Positions 46,284 to 55,601 of a DNA stretch of 64,000 nucleotides are shown here, one piece after another. The notes beneath the pieces are model-generated. The model searched no databases. It worked only from the letters and a program-made list of their open reading frames with translations, and was not told the DNA's origin. Source of the DNA: Acidobacteriota bacterium (lineage in GTDB: Bacteria > Acidobacteriota > UBA6911 > RPQK01 > JAJDTT01); NCBI GenBank assembly GCA_965222655.1, contig CBDCUP010000003.1:103932-167931 (forward strand). Reading direction: 5' to 3'. The position numbers and the translations under genes are program-made. Within the stretch, counting starts at the first letter, position 1. Every line of letters starts with the position of its first letter.

Positions 46284-47441
46284 ATGCAGATTCTAGAGTG
46301 CGCGGGCATTTCTCGTCGAAGATGGTTTTCCCTGTTCTCGGGCATGCTGGCTTTCGGCCTGCGCTTCTGGGAAAGCCTGGGCAGCGCTGGTCCAGCTTCG
46401 ACCCAATCCCAACCTGCCCAAGGGACAGTCCACTCCCAGCCACATCTCAGCGATGATGGTTATCGACCCAGCTCCCTCGCCGACGTAGAGGGAAACATAA
46501 CACCAGCGGATAAGTTCTTTGTTCGCAGTCACCACCCTGAACCCGAACTGTCGTTCGTGAACTGGAAGCTTCGCATCGAAGGTAAAGTCAGCAAACCTCT
46601 GGAGCTTACCTTCAGCGACCTGATTGAAGCGCCTACGAGAAAACAAGAGGTGCTGCTGGAGTGTGCTGGGAATACCCACAGTCTCATCAGCAACGGCCTC
46701 TGGGAAGGTGTGGCGCTGTCCTACCTTCTGGAGCAGGCGGCGCTCCTGCCGGAGGCGCAGCGGGTCATGCTGGTGGGTGCGGATTCGGGGACGCTGCTGA
46801 GCGAGAGTCGGATCTCACCCTTTGCTCGGGTATTGCCTCTCGACAAGTGCCTGGCACCGGAAGCGGTGGTGAGTTTCAGGTTGAATGACCAATTCCTTCC
46901 CCTCAGGAATGGTTTCCCAGCTCGTGCCATCTTTCCCGGATGGTATGCCATGGATTCCGTCAAGTGGCTGCAGCGCATCGTGGTGCTGGGCCCGTCCGAC
47001 TGGCCGGACGCTTACTACGCCAGCGGCATGGACCTTCTGTACCACCGCTGGATAAAGGGTAGGACCGAGGAGAAGGTCACCACGCGCGTCTCTGAGATTC
47101 TGTTGAAATCCTCCATCGCCTTTCCCAGCTCCGAGTCTCGGTTGGCCGTCGGAACCTATCGTGTGTCGGGTTTCGCCTGGGCGGGAGAACGGACAGTCCG
47201 AGCTGTGCGGGTGAGCGTTGACGGTGGCACGAAATGGAACCCAGCCAGCCTCGAGGCCTCCTCCAGACCCTTTACCTGGGTCAGATGGAACTACGATTGG
47301 AGCGCGGAACCAGGTGACTTCGTCCTTATGAGTCAGGCCCAGGACAGCACCGGCAAATGGCAGCCGCTGCAACGGGACCGGGCGCGAAGCGATGGCTATG
47401 AGCTGAACTCGGTCCTGCCGGTCAGGTGCTCGGTAAAATAG
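46284..47441 (+). CDS. Molybdopterin-dependent oxidoreductase, sulfite-oxidase family (Oxidored_molyb plus Mo-co dimerisation domain), Tat-like signal
   Basis: Start re-assigned to the ATG at 46284 (MQILECAGISRRRWFSLFSGMLAFG). The Moco-domain core is FFVRSHHPEPELSFVNWKLRIEGKV.KPLELTFSDL...EVLLECAGNTHS. The C-terminal dimerisation region is VSGFAWAGERTVRAVRVSVDGGTKW. Confidence 0.7.
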   Translation: MQILECAGISRRRWFSLFSGMLAFGLRFWESLGSAGPASTQSQPAQGTVHSQPHLSDDGYRPSSLADVEGNITPADKFFVRSHHPEPELSFVNWKLRIEGKVSKPLELTFSDLIEAPTRKQEVLLECAGNTHSLISNGLWEGVALSYLLEQAALLPEAQRVMLVGADSGTLLSESRISPFARVLPLDKCLAPEAVVSFRLNDQFLPLRNGFPARAIFPGWYAMDSVKWLQRIVVLGPSDWPDAYYASGMDLLYHRWIKGRTEEKVTTRVSEILLKSSIAFPSSESRLAVGTYRVSGFAWAGERTVRAVRVSVDGGTKWNPASLEASSRPFTWVRWNYDWSAEPGDFVLMSQAQDSTGKWQPLQRDRARSDGYELNSVLPVRCSVK

Positions 47442-47474
47442 CATGTTCTGGGCTCTTCCCGGGTGCAGCGCCTT

Positions 47475-49550
47475 ATGAGAAAAACAGTCGCCATCCTGTG
47501 TCTCGCTCCCCTGATCTCCTCGATCGCCTTGGGGTTCCCACAGAAGAGCTCCCGCGATTTGGTCGGGGCTCAACGAGCGCAGGCCGCCGAGCTCATTCAA
47601 AAGGCTCAGGGAGAGTTGAAGCGTCGAGACTATCCGCAGGCGGCCAAGTATTTCCGAAGTCTCACGGAGTTGATTCCTGACAATGCTCAGGCGCACCTGG
47701 GTCTGGCCACGGCGCTCATGGGAATGCGCGATTTGACGGGCGCCGATGCTGCCCTCGAGAAGGCCGCTCGCCTGGCGCCCGAGGACCTGAATATCTTCCT
47801 GGCACGCGCCAAAGTCGAAGCCTCTCTGGGGAAGCTCGAGAAGGCCCGCCGAACTCTGGCCAAAGCCAGGTCGATGAGTCCCAATGACCCCCGGGTCGAA
47901 CTTCGCTCGATTGAAGTCGAACTGGCTGCCAATCAGACGGCCGAGGTTCTGCAGCAGGCCAAAGATCTTTCGAGGGCACATCCAGGAGACCCGTCCATTC
48001 ACGCGTACCTGGGTTCATTGTTGATGTCGGCGAACCTCTTGGAGGCGGCGGCAGAGGAACTGGAGTTGGCTCACAAGCTCGATCCGTCTGAGGAGCCCTA
48101 TGCCCTCGAACTGGCAGAGGCCTGGGTTCGCTTGGACCGCGATCGCGAGGCTCTCGGTTTGCTGCGGCCACTGAAAACGGGGACCTCCCAAAGACAGCAA
48201 CCGGGCCGCTTCTACCCGTTGCTGGCCCGAGCCGAGCTGGGCAGCGGACATCTGCCTGCTGCCCTGGAAAGCATCGAGAGGGCCATCCAAGGGCAGCCGA
48301 AAGATCCGGCAAGCTGGCTGCTCCTTGCCTTGATCCGGCTCGAGTCCCAGCAAGCTTCCGAGGCCGAGACTGCTCTACAAGAGGCTATTGCCCTGGCGCC
48401 CACTTCCCTCAAGCTTCACGCAGGGGCCCTCGCCGTGTACGTGGAGAGGCAGGAGTATGAAGCCGGGCGGCGTTTCTTCACACGCCTGTCCAAGGAGCAT
48501 CCTGAGAACCCCCTTTTCCTGGTCGATCTGCTGAGACTCAACGTTTCCGGCAAAGATACGGCCAAGGTGAAGGAGGTCCTGAGATCGGCGGCCCGGTATT
48601 TTCCTTCCGACGGCCAGCTACACAAGCTGCTGGGCCAGGTTCTCTATTCCGAAGAGCTCGAGGCATTGGCTCTAGCCGAGTTCCTCCGTTGCCATCAGTC
48701 CGGCATGACAGATCCAGAGGTCTCCCTGCAGCTGGCACGGTTGGGAAGCAGGGCTGGTGCCTTTCAGGATGCGGTGGAGAGGGGACTTTCAGTCGTCGGC
48801 AGGACTGACCTCGCGGCGAGCATAAGGGCAGCCGCGGCCTCAGTGGTAGGGGAGAGCCATGCCGCCGTGGGAGAGACGCAAAAGGCCGTCGAGTATCTCA
48901 ACCTTGCAGTTGAACTGGATCCTGAGACGGACGAATTCTACATTTCGCTGGCACGAGTCCATGAGAACGCCGATGACAACGTCGCCGCGTCGACCGTGCT
49001 GAGAAAGGGTCTCAACCGAAACCCGGACTCGGGAGACTTGAGGCTGGCACTGGGATTGAATCTGATTGCCCTGGGCGACTTCGGCGGCGCTATCGAGGTG
49101 CTGGAGAAATTGACCAAGCGTTTTCCTGACCGGCTGGAGGCCTACAGACCGCTGGCAGATGCCTACACCTCGACGGGAAATTCGGAAGCATCCACAAAGA
49201 CCCTTCGTCGACTCCATGGCAGACAGCCCGATTACCCGATGATTCAGGTGTTATTGGCCCAGTCTTTGCTCGAGCAGGGCGCCCCTCAACAGGAGGTCTT
49301 GAGCCTGCTCGAGGGCGCTCGCAAGGCTTCCCCCTCGGACGCAGAGATCTACTTGTTGCTAGGAAGAATCTACAGTTCGATGGGGAGGGCTGAAGATGCT
49401 CTGGTGGAGCTCAAGCGCGCGGTTGAATTGGAACCTGCTTCGCCCACGTATCGCTATCAACTGGGCCTGATCTATCATCGGTTGGGGAAAGAGGAACTTG
49501 CGGAGGAGCAATTTGTCCGAAAGGCCCACTTGGAAAGGGTCGATCCCTGA
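47475..49550 (+). CDS. TPR-repeat protein, secreted
   Basis: Signal peptide MRKTVAILCLAPLISS, followed by more than 15 TPR-like repeats (A...L..A....P.......LG). ATG chosen at 47475 rather than the track's GTG at 47463. Confidence 0.65.
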   Translation: MRKTVAILCLAPLISSIALGFPQKSSRDLVGAQRAQAAELIQKAQGELKRRDYPQAAKYFRSLTELIPDNAQAHLGLATALMGMRDLTGADAALEKAARLAPEDLNIFLARAKVEASLGKLEKARRTLAKARSMSPNDPRVELRSIEVELAANQTAEVLQQAKDLSRAHPGDPSIHAYLGSLLMSANLLEAAAEELELAHKLDPSEEPYALELAEAWVRLDRDREALGLLRPLKTGTSQRQQPGRFYPLLARAELGSGHLPAALESIERAIQGQPKDPASWLLLALIRLESQQASEAETALQEAIALAPTSLKLHAGALAVYVERQEYEAGRRFFTRLSKEHPENPLFLVDLLRLNVSGKDTAKVKEVLRSAARYFPSDGQLHKLLGQVLYSEELEALALAEFLRCHQSGMTDPEVSLQLARLGSRAGAFQDAVERGLSVVGRTDLAASIRAAAASVVGESHAAVGETQKAVEYLNLAVELDPETDEFYISLARVHENADDNVAASTVLRKGLNRNPDSGDLRLALGLNLIALGDFGGAIEVLEKLTKRFPDRLEAYRPLADAYTSTGNSEASTKTLRRLHGRQPDYPMIQVLLAQSLLEQGAPQQEVLSLLEGARKASPSDAEIYLLLGRIYSSMGRAEDALVELKRAVELEPASPTYRYQLGLIYHRLGKEELAEEQFVRKAHLERVDP

Positions 49551-49557
49551 GGCGAAA

Positions 49558-50955
49558 ATGAACCAGGGCAATACCATCCCCAACCCCATTGTCACTGGAC
49601 TAGCAATTCCGGTCGTTTTCTCGTTATGCCTCTTCTCCCAAGGCTCAGATGCATGGATCGACGAGGCCCGAGATTTGCTGAGCGGCAAACGCTATTCGGA
49701 GGCCTTGACTTTCTTCGACGAGGCCAAACGTAAGGCTCCCGAGGATCCCAACCCCTACTTCTATTCAGGCGTTGCCCTAGCCGAGTTGCGACGCTTAAGC
49801 GAAGCTGCTGCCGAGCTAAGAGGAGCGATTCGTTTGGACCCCAAGACGGCGAGGTACGGACTCGTCTATGCGGACGTACTCGCCAACCTGGGAGACGATA
49901 CCGCTGCGGTCAAGGCTCTGGAGGCCTTTGAGGAGCAGAGCTATTCCGTACAGCTGACGAAGGAACGCCTTTGGCTGCTTTCCGATCTCTATTTCCGCCT
50001 GGGGAAGTTTGATGAGGCTTTGAGGGCGCTGGGTTGGTTTGCCGAGCAGAATCCCGAAGACGAGCGCCTGGAACTTCACCGGGGGGAGATCTACCTGGCT
50101 GCCGGGAACCTCGAGCCCGCCGAGGTAGCGTTTCGAAAGGCTCTGGAACGTGCCAGCAACGAGGCGGGTGCCCATTACGGTCTCGGCTTTGCGCTGTGGA
50201 TGAAGAATGAGCTGGATGATTCCAAAGAAGCGCTGCTCGAGGCTGTGGAGCTCGATCCGTCGAATGCCAAATACCTTCGCCAGCTGGGTGAAGTATGTCT
50301 TGCTCGCCAGGAAGCCAAAGAAGCTATCGAGTATCTAGAGCGTGCCGACGCGACTGGCCCTAAGCTGCCACAGCTGTATCGCGCATTAGGGAGGGCCTAC
50401 CGGAAGGTGGGCAAGCCGGAAAAGGCGAATGGGTACTTGGAGAAGTTCGAAGCGTTGATGTCGTCCCAGCAGAGCGAAAAGGATAAGGGAAGCAGGCTTC
50501 AGTATCTGATGGTCCAAGGGAAGACACAACTCGAGAAAGGACAGCTCTCGGAGTCCCTCGATCTATTCCACCAGGCTCTGGAAGTAGATCCCGATCTTTG
50601 GGTGGCCCACAGCTTTCTGGCCAAGCTCTACATCTCTTCGCGCTATTGGGAACAAGCGCGCCAGCATCTGAAGAAGCTGGAAGAGCTTGCACCTGATGCC
50701 TACGAAGGAAGATACTTGATGGCGTTGTTCTGGTACGAACGAGGAGACCCCGAGCGTGCCCTGCAGTATGGGGAAAAAGCGAAGGAGCTGTGGCGTGGCG
50801 ATGCGACCCTGCGCAATCTCATGGGCAACATCCTCTCGTCTCTTGGACGCCCGGAGAGCGCCTTGGTAGAATATTCCTCGGCCGTAGCGATGGACCCCGG
50901 TCAGGTTGCCTACGAGATGAACTACGAGGTTCTGGCTCGACGGCTTGGCAAATAA
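49558..50955 (+). CDS. TPR-repeat protein, secreted
   Basis: Start at ATG 49558 (MNQGNTIPNPIVTGLAIPVVFSLCLFSQG), followed by TPR repeats. It lies tandem to the previous TPR gene. Confidence 0.65.
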   Translation: MNQGNTIPNPIVTGLAIPVVFSLCLFSQGSDAWIDEARDLLSGKRYSEALTFFDEAKRKAPEDPNPYFYSGVALAELRRLSEAAAELRGAIRLDPKTARYGLVYADVLANLGDDTAAVKALEAFEEQSYSVQLTKERLWLLSDLYFRLGKFDEALRALGWFAEQNPEDERLELHRGEIYLAAGNLEPAEVAFRKALERASNEAGAHYGLGFALWMKNELDDSKEALLEAVELDPSNAKYLRQLGEVCLARQEAKEAIEYLERADATGPKLPQLYRALGRAYRKVGKPEKANGYLEKFEALMSSQQSEKDKGSRLQYLMVQGKTQLEKGQLSESLDLFHQALEVDPDLWVAHSFLAKLYISSRYWEQARQHLKKLEELAPDAYEGRYLMALFWYERGDPERALQYGEKAKELWRGDATLRNLMGNILSSLGRPESALVEYSSAVAMDPGQVAYEMNYEVLARRLGK

Positions 50956-50978
50956 GCAGAAGGGAGATGGAGGGAACA

Positions 50979-52136
50979 ATGAACTTGAGATCGTGGCTGT
51001 TGTTGTCTGTCTGTGTCAGTGTGCTAACGTCGTGCGGCTCGCCCCAGCCGGAACAATTGACCGAAGAGCCAAAGGGGACGAATCCGCTCTTCGAAGAAAC
51101 CAGCCTGTTCGAAAAGGGAGAGAAGGACTATTTCTGCTTCCGGATCCCCGCCCTGGTGACTTCAACCAAGGGCACCCTCCTAGCCTTCGCCGAGGCCAGA
51201 AACACCATCTGCCGGGACGATGCTGACATCGAGCTGGTTCTGAAACGAAGTCTGGATAATGGAAAAACCTGGAGCGACCTCCAGATAGTCGTCGACGACG
51301 GGATCCATACCGCCGGCAATCCCTGCCCCGTGGTGGACCAGACGACTGGGACCATTTGGCTGCCCTATACCAAGAACAACCAACGGGTTCTCGTTACCAA
51401 GAGCACCGACGACGGAGTGAGCTGGTCGGAGCCGGTCGAGATCACCGAGTCGGTCAAGGACCCCACCTGGAAATACCTGGGAACCGGACCGGGACACGGA
51501 ATCCAGTTGGCGAGCGGCAGGCTGCTGATTCCCAGTTGGGGAGACACCAGCCCCGGTCCGGCGACCTGGAAGCCCGATAAGCCCAACTGGGGTAAGGTCC
51601 AGTTCTCCTATACCTTCTTCAGTGATGACCACGGAGCCACCTGGCAGAGAGGAGAAACCCTGACCAACGATATGTCGGATGAGTGCGAAGCCGTGGAGAC
51701 CGTGGATGGTTCCATTTACATGAACATGCGCAGCCGCCAGAAAAAGCATCGTCGAGCCTATTCGAGGAGTCAGGATGGCGGAAACACCTGGTCGGACGTG
51801 GAATTTGACGAAACGCTCCCGGAGCCGTCCTGTCAAGCCGGCCTGGTGCGTTTCACCCATCAGGACCAATTCCAGAAGAATCGAGTCCTGCTTACCCATC
51901 CTTCCAACACCGAAGAGAGATCGCACATGACGGCGAGAGTCAGCTATGATGAAGGGAAGACCTGGCCGGTTTCGAAATTGGTCTATGAAGGTTGGGCGGC
52001 CTACTCTGACCTTGCGATAGCCCCTGATATGACGATCGCGTGTCTATACGAGGTAGACAGATACGCCAAGATTATCCTGGCCCGCTTCAATATCGAGTGG
52101 CTGACGGAGGGAAGTGATTCTCTCCAAGCGAGGTAG
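50979..52136 (+). CDS. Exo-alpha-sialidase (GH33), lipoprotein
   Basis: Start at ATG 50979, preceded by GGAGGG. Lipobox MNLRSWLLLSVCVSVLTSC. FRIP motif (YFCFRIPALVTS). Asp-boxes are SLDNGKTWS, STDDGVSWS, SDDHGATWQ and SQDGGNTWS. The track's 5' extension from 50790 overlaps the TPR gene and is rejected. Confidence 0.85.
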   Translation: MNLRSWLLLSVCVSVLTSCGSPQPEQLTEEPKGTNPLFEETSLFEKGEKDYFCFRIPALVTSTKGTLLAFAEARNTICRDDADIELVLKRSLDNGKTWSDLQIVVDDGIHTAGNPCPVVDQTTGTIWLPYTKNNQRVLVTKSTDDGVSWSEPVEITESVKDPTWKYLGTGPGHGIQLASGRLLIPSWGDTSPGPATWKPDKPNWGKVQFSYTFFSDDHGATWQRGETLTNDMSDECEAVETVDGSIYMNMRSRQKKHRRAYSRSQDGGNTWSDVEFDETLPEPSCQAGLVRFTHQDQFQKNRVLLTHPSNTEERSHMTARVSYDEGKTWPVSKLVYEGWAAYSDLAIAPDMTIACLYEVDRYAKIILARFNIEWLTEGSDSLQAR

Positions 52137-52216
52137 AGAGTTTGATGCGCCGTGTCCCCTGCTATTGCGCGGAGAAAGGTTGCTCAGGGAATTCTTGCTT
52201 AAGGAGCGAGGTCTCG

Positions 52217-53134
52217 ATGGGTAGGAGCATCCTCGCAATCTTCGTGCTCGTCCTGGGATCGAGTTTCGCCCTTGCCTCATCGAGCAGCTTGACCGATTTT
52301 CAGTCCTCCTCTGTCGGCAGCGCCTACGGCATTGTAAGCAGAGTGAGCTTCTCGACGGGCTTGATGATGCTGGAGCCGGACGCATTGGCCCACTCGCCGG
52401 TCGGATCCATGCAGAACTTCAGCTTCCCTGAGCCGGTGTGGATGATCGGCTACCGTTCGGAGATCTTGGACTGGCAAGGCCAGAAGCCGAAGGAAAACCA
52501 CCTCTGTCACACCTTCTTCGGGGACCAGATGGTCCATCAGGACAACGACCAGGTGATGAAGGCCATCTATTCGGATGCCTTCACCGAGGAGATTCGATTC
52601 CCTGACGGCTTTGGGATGCGCCTGAAAGCCGGAGAGTCACTACACTGGATGCCCTTGTTCAACAACCGTACCGAACGCCCGGTGCGGGTGGGCATGAAGT
52701 GTGAGGTGCTCTTGATCCGTGAAAAGGACCTGAAGCAACAGCTACGCCCACTGCATGCCATCATGCGCAGCGTGAACATGCCTCACCTGTTCTTCGTTCC
52801 ACCCGGTCGGCACCAGCACGAAAGCACCTTCAAGCTTCCTTTCAACGGCCGGATCCACGCCATGGGGACCCATATCCATCCTCATGGCCAATCGGTCGAG
52901 CTATTTAATGTGACGCGTCAGGAAAACGTCTGGAAGGGAATGCAGAAGACCGACGAACGAGGTGAGATGGTGGCCATGGAAGTCTATTCGAATACTGAGG
53001 GCTACCCAGTTCGTTCAGGCGAGACCTACCGCGTGAAGAGCGTCTACCAGAATCCCACCGACCAAAAGATCGATGCCATGGCGGGTCTTTTCATCTTCTA
53101 TTCCCTGGATGAGCCTGATCCTTCCAATCCCTGA
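52217..53134 (+). CDS. Secreted hypothetical protein with a C-terminal His-rich motif (HAMGTHIHPHGQ)
   Basis: Start at ATG 52217 with AAGGAG upstream. Signal peptide MGRSILAIFVLVLGSSFALA. No family recognised. It lies 11 bp upstream of the glycoside-hydrolase-like (GH-like) gene at 53146, in operon. Confidence 0.5.
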   Translation: MGRSILAIFVLVLGSSFALASSSSLTDFQSSSVGSAYGIVSRVSFSTGLMMLEPDALAHSPVGSMQNFSFPEPVWMIGYRSEILDWQGQKPKENHLCHTFFGDQMVHQDNDQVMKAIYSDAFTEEIRFPDGFGMRLKAGESLHWMPLFNNRTERPVRVGMKCEVLLIREKDLKQQLRPLHAIMRSVNMPHLFFVPPGRHQHESTFKLPFNGRIHAMGTHIHPHGQSVELFNVTRQENVWKGMQKTDERGEMVAMEVYSNTEGYPVRSGETYRVKSVYQNPTDQKIDAMAGLFIFYSLDEPDPSNP

Positions 53135-53145
53135 AGAGGTAGCGC

Positions 53146-55500
53146 ATGAGCAACAGGCTTTTCGCCGCGGTCCTTTCCTGCTTACTGTTTCCTTGCCCAA
53201 GTCTGGAAGCCTCCATCGAGGCTCAGAGTGCGCTGGATGGGAAGAGCCTTGCGCTTGTCCTGTCGCCCAAGGCACCGGATCTGGAGAAATTCGCCGCCAG
53301 CGAGCTGAAGCGGTATCTGGACGACCTCTACGGAATTCAGGCCCGGATCGTTGCCTCGCTGGGACCTGTGGAGGAGATCTCCATCGTCCTGGGCAGCCCC
53401 GCCACCAACCCGGCCGTCGAAGCAGTTCTTTCCTCAGCGCCCTGGCCTGAGGTCAGCGATCAGGGGATCGTCCTGAAACGGGTTGGCAGGCAGGGACGGC
53501 CGATTCTTCTCATCGGAGGAGGCAGCCCTGCGGCAACGCTCTGGGCCGTCTACGACTTCGTCCAGCTGTGTGGGGTGCGCTTCCTGCTGGAGAAGGATGT
53601 GCTTCCCGAGAAGCCCTCCCCTTTTCCTCCGTCGACCCTGGATCTGGTTCACGAACCTGAACTCCGCTTCCGGTCCTATCGCGGAATCAACGATCTCGCC
53701 ACTTCCCTCGTGTTCTACGGGATGGAAGACTACCGGCATCTGATCGACCAGCTGGCGAAGCTGAAGTTCAATGTACTCTACGTTCAGACCTATCCTTCCC
53801 AACCCTTTGTCCATTATGAGTTTCGTGGGCAGTCGAAGACCACCGGAGTATTGCATTACGGCTGGAAACTGCCCATCCATCCCCAGACCATCGGCCGGAA
53901 GCTCTTTAGGGGAATGAGTGAGTTCACCAATCCCGACTTCGAAACTGCTCGGAGCTATGAGGAGAGAGTAGTCGCAGCTGAGGAGCTGCTTCACAACATC
54001 TTCGCCTATGCGAAGAGTCGAGGAATGCAGACCGGCCTCATGTTCTGGATCAATCAGTTCACCTCGGAGTTCAATCGGCGTCTACCGGAGTGGTCGGATC
54101 GGGAATACATCCCGATCGAAGCCATCAAGGGATTTCGGACCGCCCGCCTGGGGGTTTCGGAATTTGGAGTGAACCCCAGCTTTTTTTCCTATCTGACACC
54201 CGGGAACCCGGTCGTGACCGACTTGAACCGGACCATCATCCGGGCTCATGTCAAAACCTACCCGGAAGCGGACTACTACGGTATCTTCCAGCCGGAACTG
54301 CCCAAATCGGGTGAGGAATACCTCTCGATCTGGGAGCGTCTGGACAAGAAGTACAAGCTCCAGCCAAAGTTCAAACTAGAGCAGCTGATCCACTCCGCGC
54401 GCACCAACACCCTGCCGGTCGGTGTTCGCAAGGGGGAACGACCCTTGCAGGAGCTGAAAGCCGCGATCGCCTACGCCGGCGTTCTGGACCAGTTGATCAA
54501 TGAAGAGAAGATTCTCGACTCCACCGAGAACCCGAAAGCTACCATTGTCGCCAGCACCTTCAGTGACGAGTTCTATCCAGTGATGGCTGAGATCTTCCCA
54601 GAGCGGGTCATGCTGCAGGTTCAGATGGACTATCTTTCCTCGCTGGCGGCGGAGCGGACCGAGATGCTCTCTTTCGCCGCCTCGACTCCCATGAAGGTTG
54701 GAGTCATGGCGACGCTCGCGGATGACAACATCGGCGTTCTTCCACAGCTACCCACCCCGTCCCTGCACCGCATCCTGAAGGCGATGAAGCGCTACAAGGT
54801 TCACGGATTCTTCGGGCGCAACTTCCTGGTCACGAAGCTTGAAGCGGCTACCGCATACCTGGCGCAGGCGTCCTGGAGATCGGACCTCACACCCGAAGCC
54901 GTCTACCGGGATCAGGTGGAACAGGTTTGTGGGCGGGCATCGGTTGCCGACATGCTCGAGGTCTACCGGCTACTGGAAGCGGTTACTTTGAAATCCGATC
55001 AGTCAGCCATGGGATTTCTCTTTCCGGTGCCCAACCTGATGCGAAAGCACTGGCTTGACGACTCCGGTCCAGTGGCGGCGTGGGACCAGTTGACGACGGA
55101 CTATCGCCGAGCGATCCCCCTGCTGGAATCCGCCCTGAGCAAGAGTCGGCCCCAGGGAAAGAGTTACATAGAGCAACTCTTGGGGCAGCTCAAGTCCAGC
55201 GCTCAATACATTGGTTCGGTTCAACAGGTGCGACAGGCCAGGCTGGCGTATCTCAAGGCGCAGAGGAGTCGGGAGGCGAAGGATCCAGCTGGGTATGAAG
55301 AGAGCATCGTAGAGTCTCGAGAAGGACTTCAGAGAGCTCTGAGCCTTCTCGAAGCGGCCATTGAGGACTGGGCCAAGGTGGTCCGAGACCCTTCTGATCT
55401 GGGCGCCCTCGCGGTCTTGAACTGCTACGCTTACGATTACCTCAAGGGCGTGGCCTGGGACGTGTACCTGGAGTCGCAACGATGGAGCATTACCTTCTAA
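53146..55500 (+). CDS. Secreted putative glycoside hydrolase (GH20b/GH67-N-like N-terminal domain plus TIM-barrel region; DUF4838-like architecture)
   Basis: 784 aa with signal peptide MSNRLFAAVLSCLLFPCPSLEA. The N-terminal domain resembles the non-catalytic N-domains of hexosaminidases and alpha-glucuronidases (IVLGSPATNPAVEAVLSS...GIVLKRVG.QGRPILLIGGGSPAATLWAVYDFV). The family assignment is tentative. Confidence 0.5.
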   Translation: MSNRLFAAVLSCLLFPCPSLEASIEAQSALDGKSLALVLSPKAPDLEKFAASELKRYLDDLYGIQARIVASLGPVEEISIVLGSPATNPAVEAVLSSAPWPEVSDQGIVLKRVGRQGRPILLIGGGSPAATLWAVYDFVQLCGVRFLLEKDVLPEKPSPFPPSTLDLVHEPELRFRSYRGINDLATSLVFYGMEDYRHLIDQLAKLKFNVLYVQTYPSQPFVHYEFRGQSKTTGVLHYGWKLPIHPQTIGRKLFRGMSEFTNPDFETARSYEERVVAAEELLHNIFAYAKSRGMQTGLMFWINQFTSEFNRRLPEWSDREYIPIEAIKGFRTARLGVSEFGVNPSFFSYLTPGNPVVTDLNRTIIRAHVKTYPEADYYGIFQPELPKSGEEYLSIWERLDKKYKLQPKFKLEQLIHSARTNTLPVGVRKGERPLQELKAAIAYAGVLDQLINEEKILDSTENPKATIVASTFSDEFYPVMAEIFPERVMLQVQMDYLSSLAAERTEMLSFAASTPMKVGVMATLADDNIGVLPQLPTPSLHRILKAMKRYKVHGFFGRNFLVTKLEAATAYLAQASWRSDLTPEAVYRDQVEQVCGRASVADMLEVYRLLEAVTLKSDQSAMGFLFPVPNLMRKHWLDDSGPVAAWDQLTTDYRRAIPLLESALSKSRPQGKSYIEQLLGQLKSSAQYIGSVQQVRQARLAYLKAQRSREAKDPAGYEESIVESREGLQRALSLLEAAIEDWAKVVRDPSDLGALAVLNCYAYDYLKGVAWDVYLESQRWSITF

Positions 55501-55601
55501 CGGCCTGGGCGAGGGAGTCCTTGGCTTGGCTTGATTGCCCATACTAGAAGGTCCAGAATGGACCCAAGTTGATCGTGTTCGAACCATCCACATTGCCCCA
55601 G

